Source of the DNA: Alphaproteobacteria bacterium
Lineage (GTDB): Bacteria > Pseudomonadota > Alphaproteobacteria > UBA6615
DNA length: 64,000 nucleotides
NCBI GenBank assembly: GCA_021774445.1
Contig: JAJFJA010000005.1
Span: forward strand, 73,790-137,789
Reading direction: 5' to 3'
Shown piece after piece: positions 47,466-57,997 of this stretch. Under the pieces are notes generated by a model. The model saw only the letters and a list, made by a program, of their open reading frames with translations. It had not been told where the DNA came from and did not search any database. Position 1 is the first letter of the stretch. Each line of letters begins with the position of its first letter. The translations under genes were made by a program, and so were the position numbers.

Positions 47466-48284
47466 TCAATATTTGGCGCTGGCGCGCACATAGCGGCCGA
47501 TCGCATGTTTGCCGACCATCTTCCAGGCATAGTCCGTAAGCAAGCCGAAGAAGCCGAGCAGGAAGATGCCGACGAACATCCAGTCAATTTTGAAGTAGAG
47601 CTTTGACGTCCAGATCAGAAAACCGAGACCCGATTCCGCCGCGAGCATTTCCACGGCGACTATGACCAGAAATGACGACGCGAGCGCCAGCCGCATCCCG
47701 ACATAGATCGAGGGCATGGCGGCCGGTACCGTAACACGCCAGAATATCTGCATAACCGACGCGCCAAATGTTTGCGCGGCAAGTTTCTTATTCTGATGGA
47801 TCGTGACGACGCCGGTGGCCGTGTTGATCATCACGATGAACGACGTGGCATACATGACCAACAGGATCTTGGATAACTCTCCAACGCCGAACCAGACAAT
47901 GAATAGGGTGACCAGTGCAATCGCCGGAATGAAGCGCAGGAAATGGATATACGGATCAATGATCCGTTTCGCGGTCATGAAACTGCCGACCATGAGTCCG
48001 ATCGGAATAGCAACCAAACTGCCGAGGGCCCAACCGACGAGAATTCGTGTGAGGCTAATGCTGACATGCTTCAGCAGAAGGCCCTGCTGGTGCAACTCCA
48101 CAGCGCCGGCAAATATCGCCGAAACGGATGGCAGAAAAAACGGGTCAATGAAATTCCTAGCCGCGACCTCCCATATCAACAGCCCACACACCACGGCGGC
48201 CGGCGACACAAGATTGCCTCCGGATAATCCGAAAAACCGGGGCCCGCGGTTGGCAGGGCGCTCGGCATGATCCGCTAGATCCAT
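47466..48284 (-). CDS. NitT/TauT-family ABC permease
   Basis: ISLTRI, RFIPAIA, WFGVGE, SGLGFLI. Confidence 0.92.
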   Translation of the reverse strand: MDLADHAERPANRGPRFFGLSGGNLVSPAAVVCGLLIWEVAARNFIDPFFLPSVSAIFAGAVELHQQGLLLKHVSISLTRILVGWALGSLVAIPIGLMVGSFMTAKRIIDPYIHFLRFIPAIALVTLFIVWFGVGELSKILLVMYATSFIVMINTATGVVTIHQNKKLAAQTFGASVMQIFWRVTVPAAMPSIYVGMRLALASSFLVIVAVEMLAAESGLGFLIWTSKLYFKIDWMFVGIFLLGFFGLLTDYAWKMVGKHAIGRYVRASAKY

Positions 48285-49051
48285 ACCTTTATCACCTCTT
48301 CCTCGATATCGCCTGAGATGCGTTCAAGCAATTCGATATAGATTGGATCGCTCTGCCGACGCGGATAGGGCATCGGCACGTCATAGATGTGCTTGATCCC
48401 GGCGGCGGGACCAGCGGACATCAAGACGATGCGCTGACCCAGATTGAGCGCTTCTCGGATATCATGGGTCACGTACACCGCCGTGCCACCGATTTCAGTC
48501 CAAATGCTTACCATCTGGTTTTGCAGCATATGGCGGGTCTGAGCATCCAGCGAGGCGAAAGGCTCGTCCATCAACATGATGGAGGGCCGCATGGCGAGCA
48601 TGCGGGCGATCTGTACGCGCTGCTTCATCCCTCCGGACAACTCGTCCGGATATTTGCGCACATGATTCAGCAGATTGACCATACGCAAAGCTTCCTCGCG
48701 ACGGACCTCCCGCTCGGCCCGCGGAACCCCGCTAACCCGCAAACCGAATTCGACATTCTCGCCGACCGTCAACCACTCATAGAGCGAGCTTTCCAAGTCC
48801 TGAAACACCATGCCGCGGTCCCTGCCGGGCCCCTTTACCGGTGCACCATCGATTTTCAGGGAGCCGCTCGTCGCCTGGTCGAACCCGGCAATCAACCGTA
48901 GCAACGTGGACTTGCCACACCCGCTCGGGCCCACGAGAACCAGGTACTCGCCGTCTTGTATCTCGAGATCAATGTCACTGAGGATGAGTGGTTTCGGCCG
49001 CCCGATGGGGGCATCATACGCAAAGGCGATGGATTCCATGGCGATGGTCAT
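48275..49051 (-). CDS. NitT/TauT-family ABC ATP-binding protein
   Basis: GPSGCGKST, LSGGMKQRV, MDEPFASLD. Confidence 0.94.
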   Translation of the reverse strand: MTIAMESIAFAYDAPIGRPKPLILSDIDLEIQDGEYLVLVGPSGCGKSTLLRLIAGFDQATSGSLKIDGAPVKGPGRDRGMVFQDLESSLYEWLTVGENVEFGLRVSGVPRAEREVRREEALRMVNLLNHVRKYPDELSGGMKQRVQIARMLAMRPSIMLMDEPFASLDAQTRHMLQNQMVSIWTEIGGTAVYVTHDIREALNLGQRIVLMSAGPAAGIKHIYDVPMPYPRRQSDPIYIELLERISGDIEEEVIKVWI

Positions 49052-49122
49052 GGCGGTGTCCGATCCTTCGACCCGCGTCGAGTGCCTGCTCGCGGCACCC
49101 GACGCGGGAGCGTTTCACGCGG

Positions 49123-50121
49123 TTAATTCAGCGACTCAACAATGTTTGCGTCAGGCACCGCCTCCCTGAGTACCTCAAGATCGAACTGATCCGCAAAGTC
49201 ATAGGGTTGGTCAATCACGCCCTGATCGACCAAGAAGTCGTACTTCGCTTTCAGCGATGCCATGGCGCTCTCTTCGAAGCTCAAGGCGTAACGCTGACCT
49301 TCAATCACCGGCTTGATCTTGCCCGCGTCTCCGGCGACGCCTTCCGCGACGATTCTCGCCGCTTCATCCAGATCGTTCTTGACGACGGCACCGGCCTTGG
49401 CGAGTGCTCTCAAGGTCGCCAGTACGGTGTCGCGGTTGCCGGCTAGATAATCTTTCGAGACCACCAGCAGGGCAACCGTAGACTGGTTGACCACGCTGTC
49501 GTCGACCTCGAAGCGAAAATCTTTGCTGTCGGCCATTTGCTCTACACCCTGACCCCAGATCCAGGCCGCATCGACGCGATTAGCCTTCATCGCGCCGACA
49601 ATCTCGAACAAACTCGCCAGCCCGACAAAGTCGACATCGCTATCGGGATCGACGCCATTGTCCTGTAAATGAACGCGGGTGACGAACTCCTGCGCAGTGC
49701 CGGTTGCGACGGCGATCTTCTTGCCTTTCAGGTCGCTGGGAGAGGCATAATCGTTCTTTACATACAGCTTGTGCCAGCCTGGCTTGGGCATGCCAATCAC
49801 TGCCGGCGAGGCGAGCTTGCCGGAGGTAAAACGGCTCAGCATCGGCATGTCTATGATGACGCCGAAATCCGCCTGTCCAGCCAGCACCGCGTCTACGGTG
49901 TCCACCCCATAGGAGAATGTGAGCAACGTGGCGTCGACATTCTCCTCCTCGAAGTAGCCCTTGGCTTCAGCGACCCGGATCAATGTGCCGAGCACGAAAC
50001 CGTCGACCGCGAAGCGGGCCGTCACCTCAGCCGACGATGCCGGTGTGATGGTGACGATCGCGGCGCTGAAACCAACCGCCAGCGCTGCTAGCCGTTTCCC
50101 TATTGTCTTCGAAATTACCAC
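49123..50121 (-). CDS. NitT/TauT-family ABC substrate-binding protein
   Basis: Signal peptide, AEAKGYFEEE, DLKGKKIA; GTG start with GAGGAG RBS. Confidence 0.88.
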   Translation of the reverse strand: MVISKTIGKRLAALAVGFSAAIVTITPASSAEVTARFAVDGFVLGTLIRVAEAKGYFEEENVDATLLTFSYGVDTVDAVLAGQADFGVIIDMPMLSRFTSGKLASPAVIGMPKPGWHKLYVKNDYASPSDLKGKKIAVATGTAQEFVTRVHLQDNGVDPDSDVDFVGLASLFEIVGAMKANRVDAAWIWGQGVEQMADSKDFRFEVDDSVVNQSTVALLVVSKDYLAGNRDTVLATLRALAKAGAVVKNDLDEAARIVAEGVAGDAGKIKPVIEGQRYALSFEESAMASLKAKYDFLVDQGVIDQPYDFADQFDLEVLREAVPDANIVESLN

Positions 50122-50167
50122 TGTCTCCTCCTTTTTTCGACTTCCTCCACGAATACTAATCGGCCAA

Positions 50168-50932
50168 CTAGGCCGACCGGATGGCGCGGTCACTATGGGC
50201 CAAGCGTCGCTCGGCCTCCGCCGCCGCACGGCGAACATCGTGCAGATATTTTTTGACTTCGCTGACCGCCGGCTTAAGGCACGCAATGGCGATGACCCCC
50301 TTCACAGTGGGGCCGACGCCGCTTCGGACCGGCACCACAATTCGCGTGACAATGCTTTCCTCGCTGACAAAACAGCCGGCTTCCCGGATTTCCGCCAGGC
50401 GGTCCAGGTAGCCGGCGCACGCCTGGCCGCCGACGGTTTCCGCAATAATTTGGCGGGCCGCATTGGGGTCCTGGTGGGCTAGTAAGGTCAGACCCATGCC
50501 ATTGCTTACGAGATCGCGATTCAACGCGAAGAGCTCTATGAAATGATAGGACGACGGCATTTCCGTCTTCGCCGTCAGTGTGAACGCGTCATTGGCAAAC
50601 CGGGCAAAACAAGCCGAGTGGCCGGTCGCGTTCGCCAGATCCTGAACCACCGGCTCCAAGATCTCATGCTCGGACCAGTGCCCGACGATGTGGCGGGCCA
50701 GGGTCATCATTCGAGTGCCGACGGCGTATTCTCCGCTCGGGCCATTCTCAACCCAGCCTTCGCTCGAAAGCATCTTCAGAAGCCGCGATAGGCTCGCGGC
50801 AGACACGCCAATCGATGCGCCAAGTTCCGAAAACGAAAGCCCATCGGGTTCGCTCGCCAAGGTCTCCACCAGACTTAGCGCGCGGCGGCCAGACAGGAGT
50901 TGACTCTCACCCATCACCAAGCCAATTTTCAT
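50168..50932 (-). CDS. IclR family transcriptional regulator
   Basis: N-terminal HTH (RALSLVETLA...SLSRLLKMLSSEGWV) and IclR-type effector domain; start may be 50914. Confidence 0.85.
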   Translation of the reverse strand: MKIGLVMGESQLLSGRRALSLVETLASEPDGLSFSELGASIGVSAASLSRLLKMLSSEGWVENGPSGEYAVGTRMMTLARHIVGHWSEHEILEPVVQDLANATGHSACFARFANDAFTLTAKTEMPSSYHFIELFALNRDLVSNGMGLTLLAHQDPNAARQIIAETVGGQACAGYLDRLAEIREAGCFVSEESIVTRIVVPVRSGVGPTVKGVIAIACLKPAVSEVKKYLHDVRRAAAEAERRLAHSDRAIRSA

Positions 50933-50944
50933 AAACGATAGTCA

Positions 50945-50960
50945 GTTTCATTTTTGATAC
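50945..50960. promoter_or_regulatory. candidate IclR operator GTTTCA-N4-TGATAC
   Basis: Imperfect palindrome in the AT-rich divergent promoter region. Confidence 0.45.
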
Positions 50961-51083
50961 TAAGTTCCCCGGCCGAGTTGGTCAAGCCCTGACCAGGGAT
51001 CCCAGCCGGGCGCGATCCGGATGGCACCGGCGAACGGAATCGTGCAGCTTGCAATCTCTGTCCGGCAAATCGGAGGCGAAAGA

Positions 51084-52523
51084 ATGAAGCAACCAAATAT
51101 TCTTTGGATTTGCACCGATCAGCAGCGTTTTGACACGTTGGGTTGCGCGGGCAATAACTTCGTCAACACGCCGCATATCGATGCGCTCGCGGCGAACTCT
51201 GCGCACCTCGAGAAATCCTACGTGCAAAGCCCAGTTTGCATGCCGAGCCGCGCGAGCTTCTTGACCGGCCGCTATCCGCGCACGACCCGGCTGCGCCAGA
51301 ACGGTCAGACTATTCCCGCCGATGAGAAACCGATCACGCGGCTCTTGGCCGAGGCCGGCTATCATTGCGGCCTGGTCGGCAAGCTGCATCTCGCACCCGC
51401 CGATCCAGCGGTAAACGTGACGATCGAAGCCCGAACCAACGATGGCTACAGCGAGTTTAGCTGGGCTGGCGACCCGCACGACAGCTGGGGGGCCTATAGC
51501 GGTTACACGAGCTTTTTGGCGGCGCGCGGTCGCAAATTCGAAACGCAAGCGCATCCGGATTGCCGTTACGTAGAAATCGGTATGCCGAAGGAAGACCACG
51601 AAACGACCTGGTGCGCGGAGCAGGCGATCGACTTCATACGCCGGCAAGCGACGTCCCCGTCACCTTGGTTGTTTTCCGTCAACATGTTCGCACCGCATCA
51701 CCCCTTCAATCCGCCGGAGAACTTTCTCCAGCGCTACCTAAGCCGCCTCGACGAAATTCCGTTGCCGGATGCGCCGAACGATGATCTCTCGACCAAGCCG
51801 GTCTATCAGGCTTTTGACTCGGAAGGTGCCTACGGTCGGACCATGCCCTACGGGCGAAATATGAGTGCGACCGATCATCGAATGGTGCGGGCCGCCTATT
51901 GGGCTATGTGCGATCTCGTGGACGAGCAGGTCGGCGCCATCCTGGCGGCGCTGGAGGAAACCGGCCAGCACGACAATACGCTCGTGATATTCATGTCCGA
52001 TCACGGTGAAATGCTGGGCGACCACGGGATATATCTCAAGGGCCCGTATTTCTACGAGCCGGCCATTCGCATCCCTCTTTTGATCCGCCTTCCGACGCGG
52101 ATACCGCCGCAGCGGCATACCGGCCTGGTCGAAATGGTTGACCTTGCCCCCACACTCGTTGATGCCTGCGGTCTTTCGGCCCAACCCGGTATGCAGGGCC
52201 GGTCGATGTGGCCGCTGCTGACCCAAAATGGGGATGCCAGCCACCACAAGAGCAGCGTGTATTGTGAATATTACAACGCCATGCCGTTCCACCGCAGCCC
52301 TACGGCCCAGCTGACGGCGCTCAGAACTAACGACCACAAGATCGTCGTCGATCATTCGCACGATGACGGCGAGCTGTACGACCTTGTCGCCGATCCATAC
52401 GAGACCCAAAACCTGTGGCGCGACCCGGCGTCTTTGCCAATCAAGGCTGAGTTGCTCACCCAACTGAGCCACCGCATGGCATACACTGTCGACCCCCTAC
52501 CGGCGCGCTTGTCGGAGTGGTGA
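51084..52523 (+). CDS. Cys-type sulfatase
   Basis: PNILWICTDQQR, CMPSRA, GKLH, PHHP, SDHGEMLGDHG; GGAGG RBS. Confidence 0.93.
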   Translation: MKQPNILWICTDQQRFDTLGCAGNNFVNTPHIDALAANSAHLEKSYVQSPVCMPSRASFLTGRYPRTTRLRQNGQTIPADEKPITRLLAEAGYHCGLVGKLHLAPADPAVNVTIEARTNDGYSEFSWAGDPHDSWGAYSGYTSFLAARGRKFETQAHPDCRYVEIGMPKEDHETTWCAEQAIDFIRRQATSPSPWLFSVNMFAPHHPFNPPENFLQRYLSRLDEIPLPDAPNDDLSTKPVYQAFDSEGAYGRTMPYGRNMSATDHRMVRAAYWAMCDLVDEQVGAILAALEETGQHDNTLVIFMSDHGEMLGDHGIYLKGPYFYEPAIRIPLLIRLPTRIPPQRHTGLVEMVDLAPTLVDACGLSAQPGMQGRSMWPLLTQNGDASHHKSSVYCEYYNAMPFHRSPTAQLTALRTNDHKIVVDHSHDDGELYDLVADPYETQNLWRDPASLPIKAELLTQLSHRMAYTVDPLPARLSEW

Positions 52524-52703
52524 TAATCCTTGGCTGGCGAAAGCGCCCGGTCGGCCGTGGGGGTGCTCTGCCGGGCTGAGGCACTGTGGGTTTCGGTCTG
52601 TGGTATCAAGCGGAGGTCGGGCCGACCCAGCAACTAGGGGTGTTTGGAATATGGCACGGGGCCGGGTAACCTTCGGACTTCAAAGCCAATTGGGGAATAT
52701 CAG

Positions 52704-53909
52704 ATGGCCGATCCGTTCAGCGACCAAAGCGGCTTTCCGAAACCGAGTCGGCGCCTGCGCCTCGGCTTCGTCGGCGGCGGCCAGGGTGCGCTGATTGGCG
52801 TCATCCACGCCACCGGCGCACGCATCAGTGACCGCTGGGAAGTCGTGGCTGGAACGCTGTCCGGTCGGCCGGACGTCGCGATCGCGTCAGGCAAAGACTG
52901 GTTCCTGGATGAAGACCGGGTCTATACCGACTATCGCGAGATGGCCATAAGAGAGGCGGCGCGGCCGGACGGCATTGATGCCGTCTGTATCGTCACGCCG
53001 AATGACCGCCACCACGCCATGTGCTGCGCCTTCCTCGATGCCGGCATCGATATTATCTGCGACAAGCCGCTGACCACCACACTCGACGACGCTGTGGATT
53101 TGGTCGGCCGAGCGCGCGCCGCAGGTGTCGTCTTCGGCGTGACCCACGCCTTTGCGGCCCATGCCATGGTGCGGCAAATGCGGCGGATGGTGGCCACCGG
53201 CATGCTCGGCCAACTGCGCATGGTCCATGTCCAGTATTTCGACGAGTTTCTGGCGCTGCCCGGGGCCGAGGAGTCGAAGCAGTTCGCCTGGCGGCTTGAC
53301 CCGGCCCAGTCGGGTATGGCCAGCACGACAGCCGATATCGGCACGCATGCATGGCACCTGTCGACTTTCGTCACCGGTTTGGAAATGCAACGGTTACGGG
53401 CCGAGTTCCATGTCTGTGGGCGCCCCAAGGCGATGGAGGACACCGTCTTCATGAATGTGCGGTTCGCCGGCGACGTGCCGGGGACGTTGACCGCGTCGCA
53501 GGTCGCGGCCGGCGAACGCGGCGGGTTGCACCTCCGGCTCTATGGCGACCAGGGACGCCTGGAATGGCTCCAAAGCAAGCAAGAAGAGTTGCGCTACACG
53601 CCGCTTGGGGAGGCTGAGCAAATCATAACCCGCGGTGCCGGTGCGGGCGTTTTCGATGAAACCCAACGCTATGTCACCTTGCCGCGCGGCTATGGCGAGG
53701 GCTGGCTCGAGGCGTGGGCCAATCTGTACGCCGAGCTCGCTATCGCCATCGAGGCCCGGCGAGACGATAGACCCCTGCCCGCGGGCTATGTCGAATATCC
53801 GACGGTCGAAGACGGCGCACGTGGTATTAAGTTCGTCGCGGCTGCGGTTGCCTCTAATGCGGATGGCGGCTCGTGGCAGGATTGCTCCTTAGACTTGGAC
53901 ATGGCTTGA
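52704..53909 (+). CDS. Gfo/Idh/MocA family oxidoreductase
   Basis: LRLGFVGGGQGALIG, TPNDRH, CDKP, ADIGTHA. Confidence 0.92.
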   Translation: MADPFSDQSGFPKPSRRLRLGFVGGGQGALIGVIHATGARISDRWEVVAGTLSGRPDVAIASGKDWFLDEDRVYTDYREMAIREAARPDGIDAVCIVTPNDRHHAMCCAFLDAGIDIICDKPLTTTLDDAVDLVGRARAAGVVFGVTHAFAAHAMVRQMRRMVATGMLGQLRMVHVQYFDEFLALPGAEESKQFAWRLDPAQSGMASTTADIGTHAWHLSTFVTGLEMQRLRAEFHVCGRPKAMEDTVFMNVRFAGDVPGTLTASQVAAGERGGLHLRLYGDQGRLEWLQSKQEELRYTPLGEAEQIITRGAGAGVFDETQRYVTLPRGYGEGWLEAWANLYAELAIAIEARRDDRPLPAGYVEYPTVEDGARGIKFVAAAVASNADGGSWQDCSLDLDMA

Positions 53910-54088
53910 GACCCGCCGCAAACGCTGCTGTCTGGGCGTAGGATCACTGGACGCCGCCGGCGGCTCGCGCGATGGACGGGTCGCAAGCCGGCCGGCGGGC
54001 CTGACTTCAAGACCGAAGACGCTAAACAGCCATTGCGGTTTGGTTGTTGGTTCGCGTCACGTTCGCCGCATGGAGAAAATGGGTCTTA

Positions 54089-55294
54089 ATGAATCCAGCC
54101 GATCCGACAGGTGCACCAGGATCCCGGCGCGGTCTGATATTGGTGTTGGCGGGAATCTCCTCGCTGGGGCCGTTTGCCATCGATTTGTATCTGCCGGCGT
54201 TGCCGGAGATGGCACAATCGCTGGGCGCTACCGATGCCTTGATGCAGCAAACCATCACGGCGTTCCTGGCCGGCATCGCCGTCGGGGCCCTGCTGCTGGC
54301 GCCGTTGTCGGACGCGATTGGGCGGCGGCCGGTGTTGATCGGTACGGTGCTGCTGTTCGTCGTGGCAAGCGTGCTTTGCGCGATTGCAAGTTCGGCTGAA
54401 CAACTGATCTTTTTCCGCGTGCTGCAAGCCATTGGCGGCGGTGCGGCCGGCGCCATAACGCGCGCCGTGGTGCGAGATCAGGTGTCCGGAAACGCGGCGG
54501 CCCGGATGCTGTCGGTGCTGCTGCTAGTGATGTCAATTGCGCCCCTGATCGCCCCGAGTCTGGGTGGCCTGATCTTGGCCGCATGGGGCTGGGAGGCCAA
54601 TTTCCTGGCGTTAGCCGCCATCGGTACGGTCGTCGTCCTGGCCGTCGCGACCCAGCTGCCGGAGACCTTGCGGCCGGAACAGGCACAGCCATTCCGTCTG
54701 TATAGCGTGCTGCGCGGCTATGCCGAGATCCTTGGGTCCAGACGCGCGATGGCGTTCAGTTTGGCCAGTGCCTTGGCCGGCGCCGCGATGTTCAGCTACA
54801 TCGCCGCCACCCCCTTCATCTACATCGAGTTCTACGGCGTGGACCCGCAACTTTTTGGGCTGTTCTTCGGCGCCAATGTCGCTGGTGCCATGTTGCTCAA
54901 CTGGCTCAACGCGCGGTTCGTGATGCGGGTCGGTTATCAGCGCATGCTGATGCTGGCGGCGGCCGGGCTGGTGGTGCTGGGTGTGGTTCTGCTGTTCAAC
55001 ACCGTCACCGGTTTTGGCGGGTTGTGGGGGGTTGCGGCGGCGGTCTTCTTCATTGTCGGCCTGGCCCATCTCATGGGCTCCAATGGCCTAACGGGGATGA
55101 TGGAGTCGTTTGGGCATCGCGCCGGGTCGGCGACCGCGACGTTTGCCGCCTCGCGGCTGGGCGCCGGTGCCGTCGCGACGGTACTCATCGGCGTTTTGAA
55201 CGATGGCAAGCCGTGGCCCCTCGGTGTCGTGGTGATGGCCTGTGCGGTGGGCGCGGCGGTGGCAACGGTTGTCGCGCTAAGGGACAAGCGCTAG
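54089..55294 (+). CDS. Bcr/CflA family MFS efflux transporter
   Basis: PFAIDLYLPALP, SDAIGRRP, RVLQAIG, RAVVRD, LPETL. Confidence 0.92.
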   Translation: MNPADPTGAPGSRRGLILVLAGISSLGPFAIDLYLPALPEMAQSLGATDALMQQTITAFLAGIAVGALLLAPLSDAIGRRPVLIGTVLLFVVASVLCAIASSAEQLIFFRVLQAIGGGAAGAITRAVVRDQVSGNAAARMLSVLLLVMSIAPLIAPSLGGLILAAWGWEANFLALAAIGTVVVLAVATQLPETLRPEQAQPFRLYSVLRGYAEILGSRRAMAFSLASALAGAAMFSYIAATPFIYIEFYGVDPQLFGLFFGANVAGAMLLNWLNARFVMRVGYQRMLMLAAAGLVVLGVVLLFNTVTGFGGLWGVAAAVFFIVGLAHLMGSNGLTGMMESFGHRAGSATATFAASRLGAGAVATVLIGVLNDGKPWPLGVVVMACAVGAAVATVVALRDKR

Positions 55295-56223
55295 ATCGAG
55301 CGCGCCGCGACGACTTCAGGAAAAGCCCCGGCTTTCATGACCATGCCCGGCAGTGGGGCCGCGAAGAATTGCTCGGCCCATTGGGCTGTCTGGATGAGCT
55401 GGACCAGATCCAAGCCGACATCAAAGCCCATATTACGAAGCATGTGACAGAGATCCTCGCTGGCAATGTTGCCCGTGGCGCGCGGGGCGAAGGGGCAGCC
55501 GCCGATGCCACCGACGGACGCGTCGAACAAGCGCACGCCCTGATCCAAAGCCGCCGAGGCATTGGCGAATCCGGTATTGCGGGTGTTGTGGAAGTGGCAA
55601 CCCAAGCGGATGCCATCCGGCAGGGCATGCCGGACAACCTGTAAGACGTCGCGCACCTGGTTCGGGACGCCGGCGCCGATGGTGTCGGCGAGGATGATAT
55701 CCTGAGCGCCGGCATCCGCCAGCCGTTTGGCGATGTGAGCCACTCGGTCCGGCGCCGTATGGCCTTCAAAGGGGCAGCCGAATACGGTGCTAACGATGCC
55801 GGCGCGGCGTAGTCCGGCATCGGCGGCGCGTTGGACGCTTGCGGCATAGGCATCAAGGGTCTCCTCGATTGCCGCACCCTGGTTGCGCTGGTTGAAGGTC
55901 TCGCTGGCGGCGACCACGACCCGTAGCTCGTCGACACCGGCCTCAATAGCACGCTCAACGCCACGCAGGTTGAGTGCCAGCCCAGCGATCGTGACACCCG
56001 CCGGACGGGCGATGCGCCGCATGACCGCCTCGGCATCAGCCATCTGGGGCACGCGTTTGGGGTTGACGAAACTGACGGCCTCAAGGTGAGTGACACCGGC
56101 GCCGGTGAGCCGATCTATCAGCTCGACCCGTTCAGCCACGCTCCATAAGCGTGGCTCGCTTTGCAACCCGTCGCGGGCGCCCACTTCACAAAGATCGACA
56201 TGGTCATCGTCATCGGCTCGCAT
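55291..56223 (-). CDS. hydroxymethylglutaryl-CoA lyase
   Basis: EVGARDGLQ, SFVNPKRVPQMAD, LADTIG, HFHNT, GGCPFAPRATGN. Confidence 0.92.
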   Translation of the reverse strand: MRADDDDHVDLCEVGARDGLQSEPRLWSVAERVELIDRLTGAGVTHLEAVSFVNPKRVPQMADAEAVMRRIARPAGVTIAGLALNLRGVERAIEAGVDELRVVVAASETFNQRNQGAAIEETLDAYAASVQRAADAGLRRAGIVSTVFGCPFEGHTAPDRVAHIAKRLADAGAQDIILADTIGAGVPNQVRDVLQVVRHALPDGIRLGCHFHNTRNTGFANASAALDQGVRLFDASVGGIGGCPFAPRATGNIASEDLCHMLRNMGFDVGLDLVQLIQTAQWAEQFFAAPLPGMVMKAGAFPEVVAARSI

Positions 56224-56384
56224 GGCGTGCCCTATCTATCGCCGGACAAATTTGGCTATTGCCGGGCAAGTTCGACTGATCATACCCCCTATGGGATTGC
56301 AAGGCGGCTAACGCAATCGTGCGCAACCAGCGCCGGCCCGCCGGTTATAGTATCGCCATCTAATCCCAGCAGTAGAGAGATATC

Positions 56385-56831
56385 ATGGCGTGGCGATTTC
56401 CGCGGTTCGTAACGGCGTTTCTTAGCGCCGCCTTGTTAGCTACCCTGGCGGCACCAACAACGGCACAAGTGGATGGACCGGTGACGACGACTGAAAGCGG
56501 CCTACAGTACATAGACACCGTCGAAGGTGACGGGGCGACACCGGCGAGCGGCCAAACAACGGTCGTGCACTATACCGGCTGGCTCTACGAGGACGGCGAG
56601 AAAGGCGAAAAATTCGATAGCTCGGTGGACCGCGGTCAGCCGTTCGAGTTTCCCATTGGTCAGGGACGGGTTATTCGCGGCTGGGACGAAGGGGTCGGCA
56701 GCATGAAAATCGGCGGCAAGCGGACTTTGATCATCCCGCCGGACCTGGGATACGGTGCCCGGGGTGCAGGCGGCGTGATACCGCCGAACGCCACTTTGCT
56801 GTTCGAAGTGGAACTGCTCGACGTGCGATAA
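56385..56831 (+). CDS. FKBP-type peptidyl-prolyl cis-trans isomerase
   Basis: [36 protein letters not shown]; signal-like N-terminus. Confidence 0.95.
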   Translation: MAWRFPRFVTAFLSAALLATLAAPTTAQVDGPVTTTESGLQYIDTVEGDGATPASGQTTVVHYTGWLYEDGEKGEKFDSSVDRGQPFEFPIGQGRVIRGWDEGVGSMKIGGKRTLIIPPDLGYGARGAGGVIPPNATLLFEVELLDVR

Positions 56832-56892
56832 GGGGCGTTGCCGGTCCGGCCGACAAGCCTATGTTGCGGCCAGGGTACGGATTGGAGTAGCG

Positions 56893-57552
56893 ATGCCCGG
56901 ATATACGCCGCAACGGAATGACTTCGACTATATCCGAGAGGTCTCGGTGCGTGTGCCCGAGATCTTGCAGGAACTGAGGACAGAGACCGCTAATCTGCCC
57001 GGGGCCGGCATGCAGGTCTCAGTCGAACAGGCGCAATTTCTTGCGTTGATGGTCAGGCTGATCGATGCCCAGCGATGCCTTGAAGTCGGGACCTTTACAG
57101 GCGGCAGCTCGCTTGCCGTGGCAATGGCCCTGCCAGAAGACGGCCGTCTCTGGTGCTGCGACGTCAGCAAAGAGTATACCGATGTTGCGCGGCGATATTG
57201 GCAGGCAGCCGGTGTGTCCGAGAAGATCACGCTGACCCTCGGCCCGGCGGTAGAGACGCTGCAGGGCAAAATCGACGAGGGTGAAGCGGGAAGTTATGAT
57301 TTGGCCTTTATCGACGCCGATAAGACCAACTACGACAAGTATTATGAGCTGTGCCTGACGCTGTTGCGGCCGGGCGGGGTCGTAATGATCGACAACGTCC
57401 TTTGGCACGGGGCGGCAGCCGATCCCAAAGTGGACGATCCGGATACCAATTCGATCAAGGCGTTGAACGCCAAAATCGGCAAGGACGACCGGGTGGACGC
57501 GGTATTGCTGCCGATCGGCGATGGTCATATGACCTGTAGGAAACGTCCGTAA
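56893..57552 (+). CDS. SAM-dependent O-methyltransferase (caffeoyl-CoA OMT-like)
   Basis: LEVGTFTG, FIDADK, DNVLWHG, PIGDG. Confidence 0.93.
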   Translation: MPGYTPQRNDFDYIREVSVRVPEILQELRTETANLPGAGMQVSVEQAQFLALMVRLIDAQRCLEVGTFTGGSSLAVAMALPEDGRLWCCDVSKEYTDVARRYWQAAGVSEKITLTLGPAVETLQGKIDEGEAGSYDLAFIDADKTNYDKYYELCLTLLRPGGVVMIDNVLWHGAAADPKVDDPDTNSIKALNAKIGKDDRVDAVLLPIGDGHMTCRKRP

Positions 57553-57601
57553 CAGTCTGTAATAATTCGTGAATATGCCGCTTAGGCGGTACGGGCCGGG
57601 G

Positions 57602-57617
57602 TTCAGCGATTGTTAAC
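57602..57617 (+). promoter_or_regulatory. CtrA-like box TTCA-N7-TTAAC
   Basis: One mismatch to TTAA-N7-TTAAC, 65 nt upstream of the ATG at 57682. Confidence 0.35.
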
Positions 57618-57681
57618 GGGTTTCTGTGACAATTCAGGTTCCTGAGAGAAAAGGCCGCATCCTGTGGCCGGGAGACTGGAC

Positions 57682-57990
57682 ATGTACAGAAGTACCGCCT
57701 TTGTGGCCGTGTTCGCCGTTGCCTCGCTGGCTTTTGATGGTGTGGCTTTCGCTCAACAGCAGCGTGCCTGTGCCAGCCGCGATGCCGCACTCCAGCACTT
57801 GGCCAAGAAGTACTCGGAGGAGCCGGTCGCCATCGGCCTCGCCAACAATGGCGGCGTGCTCGAAGTCCTGTCCAGCGATGGGGGTTCCTGGACGATTATC
57901 CTGACCATGCCCAACGGTGTGAGCTGCATGTTGGCCACCGGGCAAAGCTGGGAAGCCATCGCCCCGGTGACCTCCGGATCCAAGGTCTGA
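57682..57990 (+). CDS. exported hypothetical protein with a Cys pair
   Basis: Signal peptide; CASRD...LAKKYSEEP...GSWTII...SCMLATG..W pattern familiar from alphaproteobacterial small proteins; GGAG RBS. Confidence 0.75.
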   Translation: MYRSTAFVAVFAVASLAFDGVAFAQQQRACASRDAALQHLAKKYSEEPVAIGLANNGGVLEVLSSDGGSWTIILTMPNGVSCMLATGQSWEAIAPVTSGSKV

Positions 57991-57997
57991 CCGCTCG

